Part shown: in pieces, positions 52,370-64,000 of the stretch | Numbering within the stretch: the stretch's first letter is position 1 | Layout of the letters: every line of letters starts with the position of its first letter | Assembly: GCA_030141605.1 (NCBI GenBank) | Contig: JAQGDQ010000584.1 | Location: forward strand, 62,001 to 126,000 | Source of the DNA: Tubiluchus corallicola | Taxonomy: Eukaryota > Animalia > Priapulida | Reading direction: 5' to 3' | Length of the DNA: 64,000 bases | Made by a program: the position numbers and the translations under genes | Notes under the pieces: model-generated | Seen by the model: only the letters and a program-made list of their open reading frames with translations | Databases searched by the model: none | What the model was told of the DNA's origin: nothing

Positions 52370-54725
52370 CTGAAAACATCAGTTACGTTAAGGAATCAAA
52401 GTAATTCGTGAGATATAGTTTTAATCAAAATAATTCATTAGTTATCAAACCAAAGTAATTCACGAGTTACGAAAGCAAAGTAATTCATGAACTTTCAATG
52501 TTTGCTGTTTAGCTTTCTGAAAATTCTAGTTACATGAGTTTTGGTCACTTTAGGACCTATAAACAAATGTATTTTTTATTTGAGTTTTTGAGAGGTGGCA
52601 GAAGCCTGTAGCTATTTGTTGTGCACCTAACTGCATTTTTTTTCACTAAATGATGATATGAGCCATATTATTTTCTCTCTTGCACCCAAAACCTCTGTTT
52701 TCTTTCCGTTTAAGAGTGCAATAATAAGTCAATGCTGCAAATGTAATTATCACTGTTAAATTTCGACAGAGACATGGTTTCCAAAAAACTATTGCTTGCA
52801 ATTTTCACGAATAGCGACCAAAAATGGCGGAAAGAGATTTGTTAATACACGTAGCATTTACATCCACGTGAAAGCAGTCAGTACACATTACGCATTACGA
52901 TGAATCACAGATCATGCATTACGCGCACATGGAGTTGTAGATTCACACACAAGCCGACACTCACTTCTCTACTCATTGCGAGAAATGTCAAGAGTAACTG
53001 CCGAATCATTCAGACTAGACAGTAACTCACACTAAATCAAACTGTCGGAGAGTTTGCAATAACTTGCCGACAGTAACTCGCTAAGCAGTTCACACTCGTG
53101 AGTTTGCTGTTAGACAGAAAACTTCTAGTCTAATTTGAAAGTAATGCGGCTAGAATGGTCGACAACTGCACAGTTTTAGATCATGGAAGACACACAGCTT
53201 TCAGCAATTAGTGTTCTCCCAATCCTGTCCAGCAATTTTTTTCAGAATTATCCCGAAACATCAGCCACAAAAAAATCTCGGGAGAATATAGAAAGCAAAT
53301 TTAAAGCTACATGATCTTAAAGCAAAAGCCAAGTCTCTCGGGCAGTTGAGCTTATTCTAATATTTGAGAAAAATGTTAGAAAGTTTCAGCAATGAAATTG
53401 TGATAAGCACCTCGTGTAATTGAAAGAGTTCAATTTAAAATTGTGATCACTCATTTTGGTGCAAAAATGCCATCATCTGGTTACCGTGCAATATAAACAG
53501 TTATTCTGCCAGGTGCTTCAGCAAACTTTTTTTGACTTATAGAGCGAACTCTATAAACTAAGTAACCCACCCGGTACCTACTGTATGCTTGCAAGGTTAC
53601 AAGGAAACACAGTTAAATACAACGCTAGAATAACTGAACTTCTGAGTGAACTGTAGAAATTTCTCAATGCGTACCTTAATCACACCTTGCCTTCACAGAA
53701 TTCACGCTGAGTAGCAGACACCAGCTTACGTCATTTTTTCAAATATGCAGGCAGCGACGTTCGTTTGGCGGGAGACAAAAAATATTCAAATTTCTTTTAC
53801 ATTTTTAAGCAAAGCATTCTATGCGCATATCTTGAGTGGCGATTTCAAGTATTGTTCAAGGGTTGGTTCTTGTTTTAATAATTTCAGGTTAATCCTTACT
53901 ATGCTTATCTATGGCCTTTTTAATAACCATAAAATTCAAGATTAACCTATCTAGCTGGGACGTTAAACTTCTGATGCTCTCACAACACTCCGTTGACTTG
54001 CTAGACTAGTTGTACATGCCAAAAAGCTCTTTCAAAAACTCTTAATAAAAATGAGGTGGTACGTTTTTCTTTGTAATCTGCATCCTACACTTTAAAAGTT
54101 TTGATAACTACACATCCATTCCTGGTACGTGAGCGTCATTCCTTGCTAGGTATAGCAAGCCTAGTGAGAAGCAAACATTATAAAAATTGTTTCCCGACTT
54201 CATACAATTGCTTGCCAACCTTCTTAGTACAGTAAACTTCATGTAACTCAAAATTGCATGACTCAAATTTTCGCCTGACTCAAAAAAAGAATTTCAGCAG
54301 AACGGTTGAAATTCTTCGTTTTTCCCATGAAAAAAATCGCTCAACTCAAAACATATAACTCATAATTTCGCCTAGCTCAAATAAAAAATTATGATCCAAA
54401 TACATGTAATTTACTTTGCCTAACTCAAAAATGTAATTTATACTCTAGGTCCACTGTCATATTGTTTAGCAGTGTTGTGTACGTGTCGTTTTGAAACATT
54501 AAAAAATCGTGTCTCACCACACAGTTTGTTATTCTTTATCAAATTTTCATCAAATCTCGTCATTTACATATAGAAGGATTGACTTTCTCGCCTTCTATTT
54601 ATCTCTTCACCTGGAGGAGGGATTTACAGTTTCTATGCTGGGAAATTGTCAACATGGGCAAACTCAAAGTTTTGTTCGTTTCAGTTGGATTTGAGCTATG
54701 CGGAATTTACTATAGTCAGTCTTAC

Positions 54726-54830
54726 CTCGGTGTGTGTTCTTGTGTGTATTTTCAACGTTCTCATTTCAGCAAATTCAGCATCGCAAACCCTGCAGCTGTA
54801 CAACTGCCGATGTGATTCTTCCTTACCCAT
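54726..54830 (-). CDS. ZF gene exon, finger 1 (MGKEESHRQLYSCRVCDAEFAEMRTLKIHTRTHTE)
   Basis: cttgcag / GTAAGA, 105 nt phase 0-0; canonical C2H2; missed by ORF track. Confidence 0.9.
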
Positions 54831-55404
54831 CTGCAAGAAAAGACGAAGCCAGTTTGAAAATCTGGCTAAAGTCAGGCCCCGTCACAAAAAATTGCTTCTG
54901 TCTTCCTCGTGAGTTCAAGAGATGTTAGTAGGGAGGATGGAATTTTTTTTTTCAAAATTTAAAAGCTTTGTTAATGTTTACAGGAAAATTTTTTTTTCAA
55001 ATTTTTTTTAAAAGCTTTGTTAATGTTAAAGCAAAATCGGTTGAATCGAAGAATATTTAAAATCAGTTGAATCCAAGTTTGTTTATTTTCCACTGGTCAG
55101 CAGCAAATGCACATTTTTTCATGCTTTATTTTTCAGTTTTTGGTTTCACATTACTAAATTATCGTATAGCCTCCTTGTTTGTATCATGAACTTGTGTATG
55201 TTCTGATAATTAGGGTATAAGCGGCAACACTACTCAGCTATTAATACACCAATTTGGCAAAAACATGATACTGTTAAGCCTCAAATACTATAATCAGCAT
55301 CAAACAAGATGGCAATCCTGGCCGAGAGCTAGCCGAAGAAAAACGTGGCTGCGTCCTTGCCGAAACTTGGCTGTTATAATAATTCTTAAACGCGTTTTAC
55401 TTTT

Positions 55405-55898
55405 AAATAGATTAAATAATAATTACCTCAGACATTTGAATTTTGTTAACCTTACAAAGCTATGCGATGGCGCCTTTTTGTCGCACACGCATGGCCGACA
55501 AACAAGCACAGTACCCTGATAAGCATGACCATGAACTGTAGTGTTTGTCTGAGTGACACAGAGTTCATTTTTGTCACATCGCATCAGTGTCTTATAGCAA
55601 ACTTCACTTACGCAAACATGCCTGATGCGTAGGGAAGATGCCTACCATTGCGCAAACTATGGTTAGTTTGTGATGTAAGTGATAACTGTATTAGATTGCC
55701 ACAAATTAACTTTCCAAGGTAATTATTCGAATACTAGAAACAACTGCTGACTTTAATAGAGAAGAAAATGCATGTTTTAGACAGCAAATTAAAATGAGAT
55801 TGAGTCTAATCAATCGCCCAATTTTCCTGATGAAGAAAATGCATGTTTTGGACAGCAAATTAAAACGAGATTGAGTCTAAACAATCGCCCAGTTTTCC
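55405..55898. mobile_element. Kolobok-like MITE, 5'-truncated, right end duplicated
   Basis: Homology to 33934-34475; last ~70 bp present twice. Confidence 0.7.
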
Positions 55899-56009
55899 TA
55901 ACTTTATTTTCCCACATTTTCTTTTAGCTTGATGAATCTTCCTTCCCAAGTAAAAAAATCTGCACTAAGGTTCAGCACATTTAGTTAGCAAGGAAGCATC
56001 AGACTTTAC

Positions 56010-56111
56010 CTCATCTTCCAGCTCGCTCATTCTGCCCCCTGCGGGCATATCTGACATTAGCGCATATGAACTACCATTGCTGTTTGACTGTGATGAAGAA
56101 TACTCATCCAT
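56010..56111 (-). CDS. C2H2 zinc-finger gene, first coding exon (MDEYSSSQSNSNG...SELEDE)
   Basis: ATG at 56111 with in-frame stop upstream; donor GAG|GTAAAG, phase 0. Confidence 0.7.
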
Positions 56112-57533
56112 GTCAATTCCGTTCCACGCTGTTGGTTATCCAATGTCCATGCACTAAACTAAATGAATAAAACAGATTTTATTAAGTGTCTGATGAATGG
56201 AACAGCACATCAAGTTAAAAGAAAGGCCAAGCCTTCTGGGAAGTTAGGCTTATTTCAATGTTCGCAAAAAATGTTAGAAAGATTTAGTGATAAAAGTATG
56301 ATCAGTGCCTCGTGTAATTAGTATAATGATTAAAATCATTTTAAAGTCATGATCATTTCACACTTGGACGCACCCATTTTGAACGCCCATTTTTCTACCA
56401 CCAATGACGTCATTTAAATCAAATAAATTTATTTCAACACAAAACTGTGCATGCAGGCATGGAAAATATTTAAAGCAGACATGTATGTAAATCACAAAAA
56501 CAGTGCCAGACTAAATTTTATTACGTTTTGTGCCAGACGTACGTTTTGTTACACCATCTACGACTCTTTTATGCATGGATATTAAATAACAATAAATTGT
56601 TGCTTCAGATAAACATTTTTGTTGCTTGTCTATGTAAACATTTCTGTTGTTTATCTATGTAAACATTTTTATTGTTTATCTATGTAACAGACAGTACAGC
56701 GCTCAAAATATTGTGAAATGGAACATCTATACCCATGTCAAAACATTGATATTTACAAGGGATTTTTACTGGTTTACGAAGCAAAAATGAAGCCGTTAAG
56801 ATGTAAGGTATGAAAACTCGACACAACGCACGTCTAAAATAAAACACCGCAAACAAAACAACCAAAAAGGTCAAATCCTGACGCTGTTAGATTTCAGCGA
56901 AATTCCTAAAATTCAACACGGCAATTACGCATCATTTTAAGCAGCAAATACGAAGGTAAAACAAACCAAAGTACATCAATTCGTTACTAGCAAATGAACA
57001 ATAATGCAAGACACTTAATAATACCATTCATGAATTACAATATTTATTATTTTACTTACATACGGACGAAGAATACAAACTAGAAAATTATCTACTTCTT
57101 CCAGATAAAGTAATAAATATGGCCACGAAAAGTTGAAAACAGGCATATGCTTTGTTTTGCCACGCGGCCGTCAGGGGGCGAGCGGCCGTAGAAAATTTTC
57201 ACGACTAGAGCCGTCATTTGGGTATTTTTCGAATAATAATTTAATGTAACAATATTAATTACACTCAGCTAACGGTGTTTAAAAACTTGAAACCGCGACA
57301 AAATTTTAATAATATTAAATTGTTAATTTTGACGCTATAGCTCTATGGCATGTGTTCTATTACCTACCAATAGGTCACAGTAGCCGCTGTGCATTGCACA
57401 GTTCTATTTTAATAAAATTGAATGACCTATAATTATTATCCGTGTTTTCTTAGGCTCTTCTGGCCTACCTGTATTACCAAAAGCACAATACAGATGCACT
57501 AAACTAAACTATATAAACTGAATCCAGATGACA

Positions 57534-58530
57534 CAGGGGCCGCCTTAACAGCACATCGGCACCCGAGCAAAGCAGTGCACTGGGGGCCCTATGTACAAAA
57601 CTGATCACTGGAATAAAATGTAAAATTGGTCGATAAAATGAAGCATATATTTATTGTGTTGGCACTCCAACAAAATCAGGCTTAAACCTTAAAATACATG
57701 CTGTACACCAAAGATTAATCAATACGTATGTTTGAATTATAATTATGAGCCTTGAAAAGTACAAAACTTTCAACATGAATGATACTCAAATAGTAAATCA
57801 TATAAACGCAAATGACGCAGTATAAAATTACTATGAATTACCTATTATTAATCAATTATTCAACACAAACATCTTTAAAACAATAACAAATATAGCATAG
57901 CATAGCAACTTTTAGCTGACAGCATAGAATGATTGAATCTGTTGAGAGCTTGAAGTATATTAGACTGCAGTTAGTATAGACTGTTTTAAACAGGTTCACT
58001 CTGGTGGTTCAAACAAAGAATATAAAGTTGTGTTGGACTTGAAAGACTTTATTTCTATTTACATACTGCCCTATCATTGACAGGAAAGAAGACACATGGA
58101 GACCATTCAACAGCAATGCTGAAGAAGAAAAAACACAGCTGATCTTGGCAGAGCTACCCAAGTCACATGCAAACAATGAGCTTACCTGATTGACTACCAA
58201 AACACACTAGCCGTCAACACTGCCTTATATTTGAAGTCCAGCAGGTCAGGGTGACTGAGCAGCACTGAGCAGCACTGAGCAAGGCCACAACCTGAATCAA
58301 ACTTTACTCAGTTCAATAATAAGTAATTTTAAATGTAGGTGGCGGCGCATGTTAAATTATTATTGTAGTAGTTTAAATTAAGAATCGCAAATGAAATGTG
58401 CGACACATAGTACAGTACAGTATTTTATTGATAGTAAGCTATAATATAACATTAGCTTGGCTCTTACGCTTGGGGGGTGGGGGTGGGGAGGGAAGCTGCA
58501 CAGCGCGCCCATTCGTTAAGACGTACCTAG
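57534..58530. mobile_element. Degraded hAT-like non-autonomous element
   Basis: CAGGGGCCGCCTTAAC ... GTTAAGACGTACCTAG imperfect TIRs; no clear TSD. Confidence 0.5.
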
Positions 58531-59321
58531 GTCAGGTCAGTTTAATGCAAGTTTACAGAATCGTATAGTTTCTACCGTTAATATTGCGTTAAAGGGATTT
58601 TATGTATATAAGTTGACTGGATTGGTGCTTGCGTTAAGACAAACATCTGTCATAGAACAAGTTAAATTTTGTGTAATAAAACATTAAGCCTACTGAGTTG
58701 CAAACCTGCCAAACGTTGATTTAAAAATGAGTGTGAAAAGTAGAAAGCCCGGAGATCATCTCGCTCCTAGCTGGGATTTAAGGGATTATAGATATGCCAG
58801 AATATTTTTGGCTTTTTGTGTAACAATATCAAATTATTAAAAAATTAAGGAAAAAAATGGAAAAAGTTAAGCACATTCTTGGCTACTACTAACTATATTG
58901 AGTTGCTTCCTTTTACTGTTATTGCAGTTCGCAATGGTTTATGTATTATAAAAAATTATACTTTAAATGTACACAATAAAAAACACCGAGAATAGCACCC
59001 AAACGTGTTTAATTTTCAATGACTGCAGCACCCTTTGGTGTAATAGATAATTATAGTATAGATAATTATAGATTATATTATAGATAATTATAATATACAT
59101 CGTGAGACTAATGAACAATAATACGTTATAGAGAGAAGTACTACTAAGCGTGTTGTGGTTGATATTGATCGCAAAGAAAGCCAGGTGATTTGGAAACTTG
59201 CACGTGAAGTTGCGGAATGCGTGAGAAGAGAAATGTGGTGCATGTGAAAGACTTAAAATGCGTGTGACCCGTCACTCATGTATAAAATTATCATGGTATT
59301 TCTTGTAACTTTTCAGGCCTA

Positions 59322-59338
59322 TTATCATCATTATCATT

Positions 59339-59385
<47 letters not shown>

Positions 59386-59463
59386 TATCATCATCATCAT
59401 CATCATCATCATCATCGTCGTCGTCGTCATCGTCATCGTCATCGTCATCATCACCATCACCAC
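59322..59463. repeat. (CAT)n/(CGT)n microsatellite
   Basis: Direct reading. Confidence 0.98.
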
Positions 59464-61509
59464 ATTTATAGGACTATAATTACATTTGCACGATTATAAC
59501 TTAATATTTACATTAATTCATAATCAATAATCGTATTAATTAAAATTCACAAATTCAAGCTGCAAAATCATTGGATCTACAGAACAGAAGTGACTTTCAT
59601 TTCGCATGCATACTCGACCAAAAAATGCATTATTAGTGCATAACATACAACTGCAACTAGTGCAATTACACACTTGCATCGCTCTTTAATACGCCCGTAG
59701 ATGGCAGACAAAAAAATTGTTCAGGCCCTATGGCTCTATCACTATAGCAATAACAACTTCAGCAATACCCTCCCGACAATGTAGAAGCTACAGCAGGACA
59801 ATGAACAAAACGACCAGCTACGTGTCACAAAAGCCATGGTAACATTGTTGTTACAGTTAAGCTGTGGCTTGCTGCGAATTTTTTTGCAAATTAATATCAA
59901 TAGCGCACAAAGCGTTTATGTGCCGCATTTGCATATCATATTCCGGTTGGATATTTCATTAGCTATTATTTTGAAGATGTTGACTGTTTTTGTTTAATTA
60001 GGCAAATAATTTAACTGTTTGAGAAAAATCCGCCATTACCCCATGAAAAATGCTTCATTTACTGAACAAAACAGCATAAAACACTTAATAAATTTACTGA
60101 AAACACACAAAAGCCAAAAATGATTTTGACACAAAAATGTAATCATTACAAAGCTCAAGAACTTATCTTAATAGATCCCTTTACTACTATTTTTCTGCAA
60201 ATATTCATTGTAGCAAAACTAACCAATATAGTGTAAAAGTGAAATTTCTCAATGGCCAGCAAGTTAATGAATTTTTAATTGCACAATTTGCGATCGCATG
60301 AGTTGTATAACAATAACGCACGATGTATACGTAGTAGTCCACAGCAACAAATAATAACAACAGTAATTGTAAATAATGATCGTATATTTAAATCATCAGA
60401 TATTTAATACATACAAGTTGCCGTTACCTTATACTCTAATATAACCAAGAACGGATTATGACCATTTGAGGCCAATTAGACTAAAGAAAATATGGGGCCC
60501 ACAATAGGGGGCCGTTAATCTCAAATAAGGGCTCACAGACAAGGGCCACTTTTTTTAAATTGGTTTTTAAGACTCCTTTTCTGCCTTTTTAAAAGCTGAA
60601 ATTTTATTTTAAGTTAAATAAATTATTCAGCAATGCAAATATTAAAATACACTTATTTTTTTAAAAAAAATATATTTGAAAATCTTTTAGCGAGGCCCTT
60701 CAAATTTTGGGCTCCCGGCTGCAGCCTATTCTAACCTATGAGGTAATTCAACCCTGAAGGTAATTAAATCTAACTTCTCTGCGTATCGCTAAAGACGCTA
60801 TGCCCTGCACGAATAAAATGGATATTAGAAAGATTGTTGTTGTAGAGAGAAGATATGTACAAATCACCTTGCGGAAAATATTCAATTAGTGGATCTTTTC
60901 TTTACTTGTGTAACCAGGTCGTTGACTGAGGAAATGTGATTAAATATTCTGACAGGTACAACTGACGAACATCTATGAAAAAACGCACCGAGAATGAAAA
61001 TTGAAACTCACTTCATGACTTCATGTCAGGCGAAGAGAAACGTCATGGGTTTAGTACAGTGCTGTTTTCATAAGCGTTTAGTGACAGATCACTTCTCTAG
61101 GAATCCAAGTGGGAGAAAATTAATGGCTTTTGTCTAAAACTTTCCCGTTCTTTGACAATGAATCTAAGACCAGGACTTCTGAACGCAGTACGTATTATAT
61201 ACTTCAGTAAAGAAATGATTTATTTATAGTACTGTATGCATACTACTGTATGAATATTTATCATCAGCATTTTATATTTTATTACAGTAATTTTTTCTCC
61301 TTCTTCTCTTGCTCTAAACATCTATTGTAGACTTAGAGCCTCTATCATTTATTAGAGCACCCCATTGTTTCCTGTGTGCAGGTAAAATGTTCAGTTTCTG
61401 TGATGTTATTCTTAGGTTTTGTTTCAACTGTTGTAAATCTTTAATAATTCTTGATATCCAAGTTGTTTTTAGTGTTGCCTAGAGGTCGTTAATTTAATAA
61501 TATAATAAG

Positions 61510-61513
<4 letters not shown>

Positions 61514-61588
<75 letters not shown>
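61514..61588. repeat. (TA)n microsatellite
   Basis: Direct reading. Confidence 0.98.
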
Positions 61589-61591
<3 letters not shown>

Positions 61592-62776
61592 TTATAATAA
61601 TTTAATATCAGTATTATCAGTAGGGGTGAGCATCGAACGTTCGAATCACGTATTTAGTTCAAATCCTATTCAGACGACCTAAAATTATAGATTCGAATAA
61701 ACTACAGCACTTCAACTACTTACGTTCTTTACCATTAAAATGCTTGAAACGTCATGCAATCTGCACAATGCAGTTAAAATTTTTAACAAATTAATAGTGG
61801 TTTTACTGCAGAACAAAATCAAGCAATATGCATGATCTTTGTGAAGCCAATTTTTACCAATGGCTCGAAAATTTGTTCGAAAATCTTTCAAACTAAATTC
61901 GAATTCCATTGATATACACTGAAATTCGGTTCGATTTAAATTCGAAAGTCACAAATTCGATTTGATTCGAATTCGCTTTCTGGAATTTTCTATAACAACA
62001 TTTTTACCCCAGCGGTAGTTTCAGGAAAGTTTCGACAAACGGCTGATTATAAAATTTTGACGAGACTGAAAGAAAAAACGAGTTTAAGCAAATAAATAAT
62101 TAGCTCTTCTAAACTCTTCACTCAAGCATATTGAAATTTAGGACTTACTAAAGCAGGTGAAATATTATTTATCTAAAAACAAACTATTATTACAATGAAT
62201 TAGCGTTCACCCTTTAAACTTTACAAAAACACAGTATATGTTCTGCCCCCCCCCCAGGTTTTGAACATTTTAAAAGTGTATTATGCGTACTTGCAATTAT
62301 TCGCATCCAATCTACGCATGTTTACAATATAAACTGGCTAACGCATTTATTTTGGGAAACTTTGATTTATTTTACGCGACTTGCTTCATAGAGTATTTTT
62401 AATTTAGTTTGATTTATTGCAATTAGTTTTGCAGACGTGTTACTTTTAGTGGTCTGGGTTACCAAATAAATAGTATGCAAGAATGCTTTGCTTCTTTACT
62501 TGCAAATTTAGGCAATTGTAGGCATCAACTAACTTCAAGCAAAACGTCATTCATCCTCAGTGAAGCTCTGTTGACTGCCCAATCAGCGTGCGTTATTTTC
62601 TGCAAAGCCTACGCGTGGCTATTCTTTCAGGACATTAGCTGCAGTTTTGTGTTGCCGGTTTATGTTACACTGTTACGAAAAATGCTCAACTTTTCATTAG
62701 TTTGTGGGGTTGATGCAGTTGCATTATTTGTACGGTATCTGAATGTTTAGCGATGAGACGAATATATATTTTATAT

Positions 62777-62971
62777 GTCTGTCTGTCTGTAAATCCGTTT
62801 GTCCGTCCGTCCGTCTGTCCGCCTCCCATCCATCCATCCAGCCAGCCAGCCAGCCAGCCAGCTAGACATCCATCCATCCATCCTGCCAGCCAGCCAGCCA
62901 GCCAGCCATCCATCCACCATCCATCCATCCATCCATCCAGCCAGCCAGCCAGCCATCCATCCATCCATCAC
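62777..62971. repeat. Compound (GTCY)n/(CCAT)n/(CCAG)n microsatellite
   Basis: Direct reading. Confidence 0.95.
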
Positions 62972-64000
62972 CACTGAAGGCACATGAAACATTAAGAATC
63001 ACAGTTAATTCAACATGCTGTTATGAAGTACAATTTTAGCTCTTTAATTCTTAGGTTTTGGTGGGTTTGTGTTCTGCCCATTTACTAATGCGGCTCACAG
63101 CAAAGGGAGAACACGCAGATGAAGGTACGTATTTCGTTCCTATTCTATAGCAATTACATGAGTAAATCAGTGAGTCAGATGGTTAGTAAACGCAAAACTG
63201 CGAATGGCTCTCGAATCTGGCATCTCAGAAAAAAGTATTTGAATGAGTAAGGTGGCAAAGGTGGACAGAGTCCACAAAAAATATAGAAATCCATTAGAAA
63301 TGGTGACCAAACGATTGTGGCCGCTGATCCAAATGCTGATCAGGTTTGTCATTGCTTGACATCAGTTGTTAAGCGCAAACGTAACCATGACAACAAAATG
63401 CGTGCACAATCTCCGAAAATTACTTTTAGTATGCTAGTATTTGGTCAGTGTCAGTCCTTCTGAAACTGTAAAAAATTTTAGAGTAACTTTTGACACTTTT
63501 TTGTACTATGTCAGACCTTGTAGCAAACCTTAGTCAGTCGGCATTATTGGCCTTGTGGAAAATTGGAAAAAGCAGACATAATTATTCTCAACTACCAAAC
63601 AACTGAAAAACCCAACTGCTGATGACATCACATCTAACATAATTTTCAACATCAAAAATATTTCATGATAAAGATTCAAATTTAAAATTTACCGCTGTGC
63701 TCACACATGAGCTGTCGAACGTGTGTAGTTCATCACAAACTAACACGTCTGAACTGAGAGGTACAGCACCTCTTTTTTGTGCAATGCGTTACCGAAACGC
63801 AGGTGCTAGCACCCGTCTAGCCAACGAATGACGAAATGGATGTAACGGCGAAGAATTCTTACACATACGCATATTTCTTTTCAATATTGTAAAGAGTAGA
63901 TTGTTTTCACCTACGGTTTAAGATTGGGTCTGGTTTTTCTTTAATCATGATCATCCAATGAATCACACGTCCAGTGACATGATTCTGCTCACCGTCCCTA

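Noticed and set aside
59272-59499. Poly-His / poly-Met ORFs
   Set aside because: (CAT)n microsatellite
62686-62992. W/G/M-rich and P/S-rich ORFs
   Set aside because: Tetranucleotide microsatellite
63167-63352. Weak resemblance to ABCC TMD0 helices
   Set aside because: Too short, wrong spacing, no convincing splice sites

Overview
AT-rich animal genomic DNA with GT-AG introns, probably from an invertebrate (species not identifiable from sequence). Most ORF-track entries are spurious. Manual splicing gives two convergent genes. (1) A complete 11-exon ODR-4 homolog on + (155..18082, 477 aa, tail-anchored). (2) A multi-exon C2H2 zinc-finger gene on - (main model 56111..27599, 9 coding exons, 643 aa, 11 canonical + 2 degenerate fingers, ALDLS CtBP-type motif). 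The zinc-finger locus shows signs of regulated splicing: a 21/30-nt microexon with donors 9 nt apart inside a TGERP linker (analogous to WT1 +/-KTS), and intronic exons that would replace the C-terminal fingers with a Tudor/SH3-barrel-like module. The rest is dense with non-autonomous DNA transposons (Tc1/pogo, hAT, Kolobok-like, piggyBac), LINE 3' fragments and minisatellites. Several minisatellites are amplified transposon ends. All gene models are manual, with no transcript support; homology calls are from recalled motifs, not searches.
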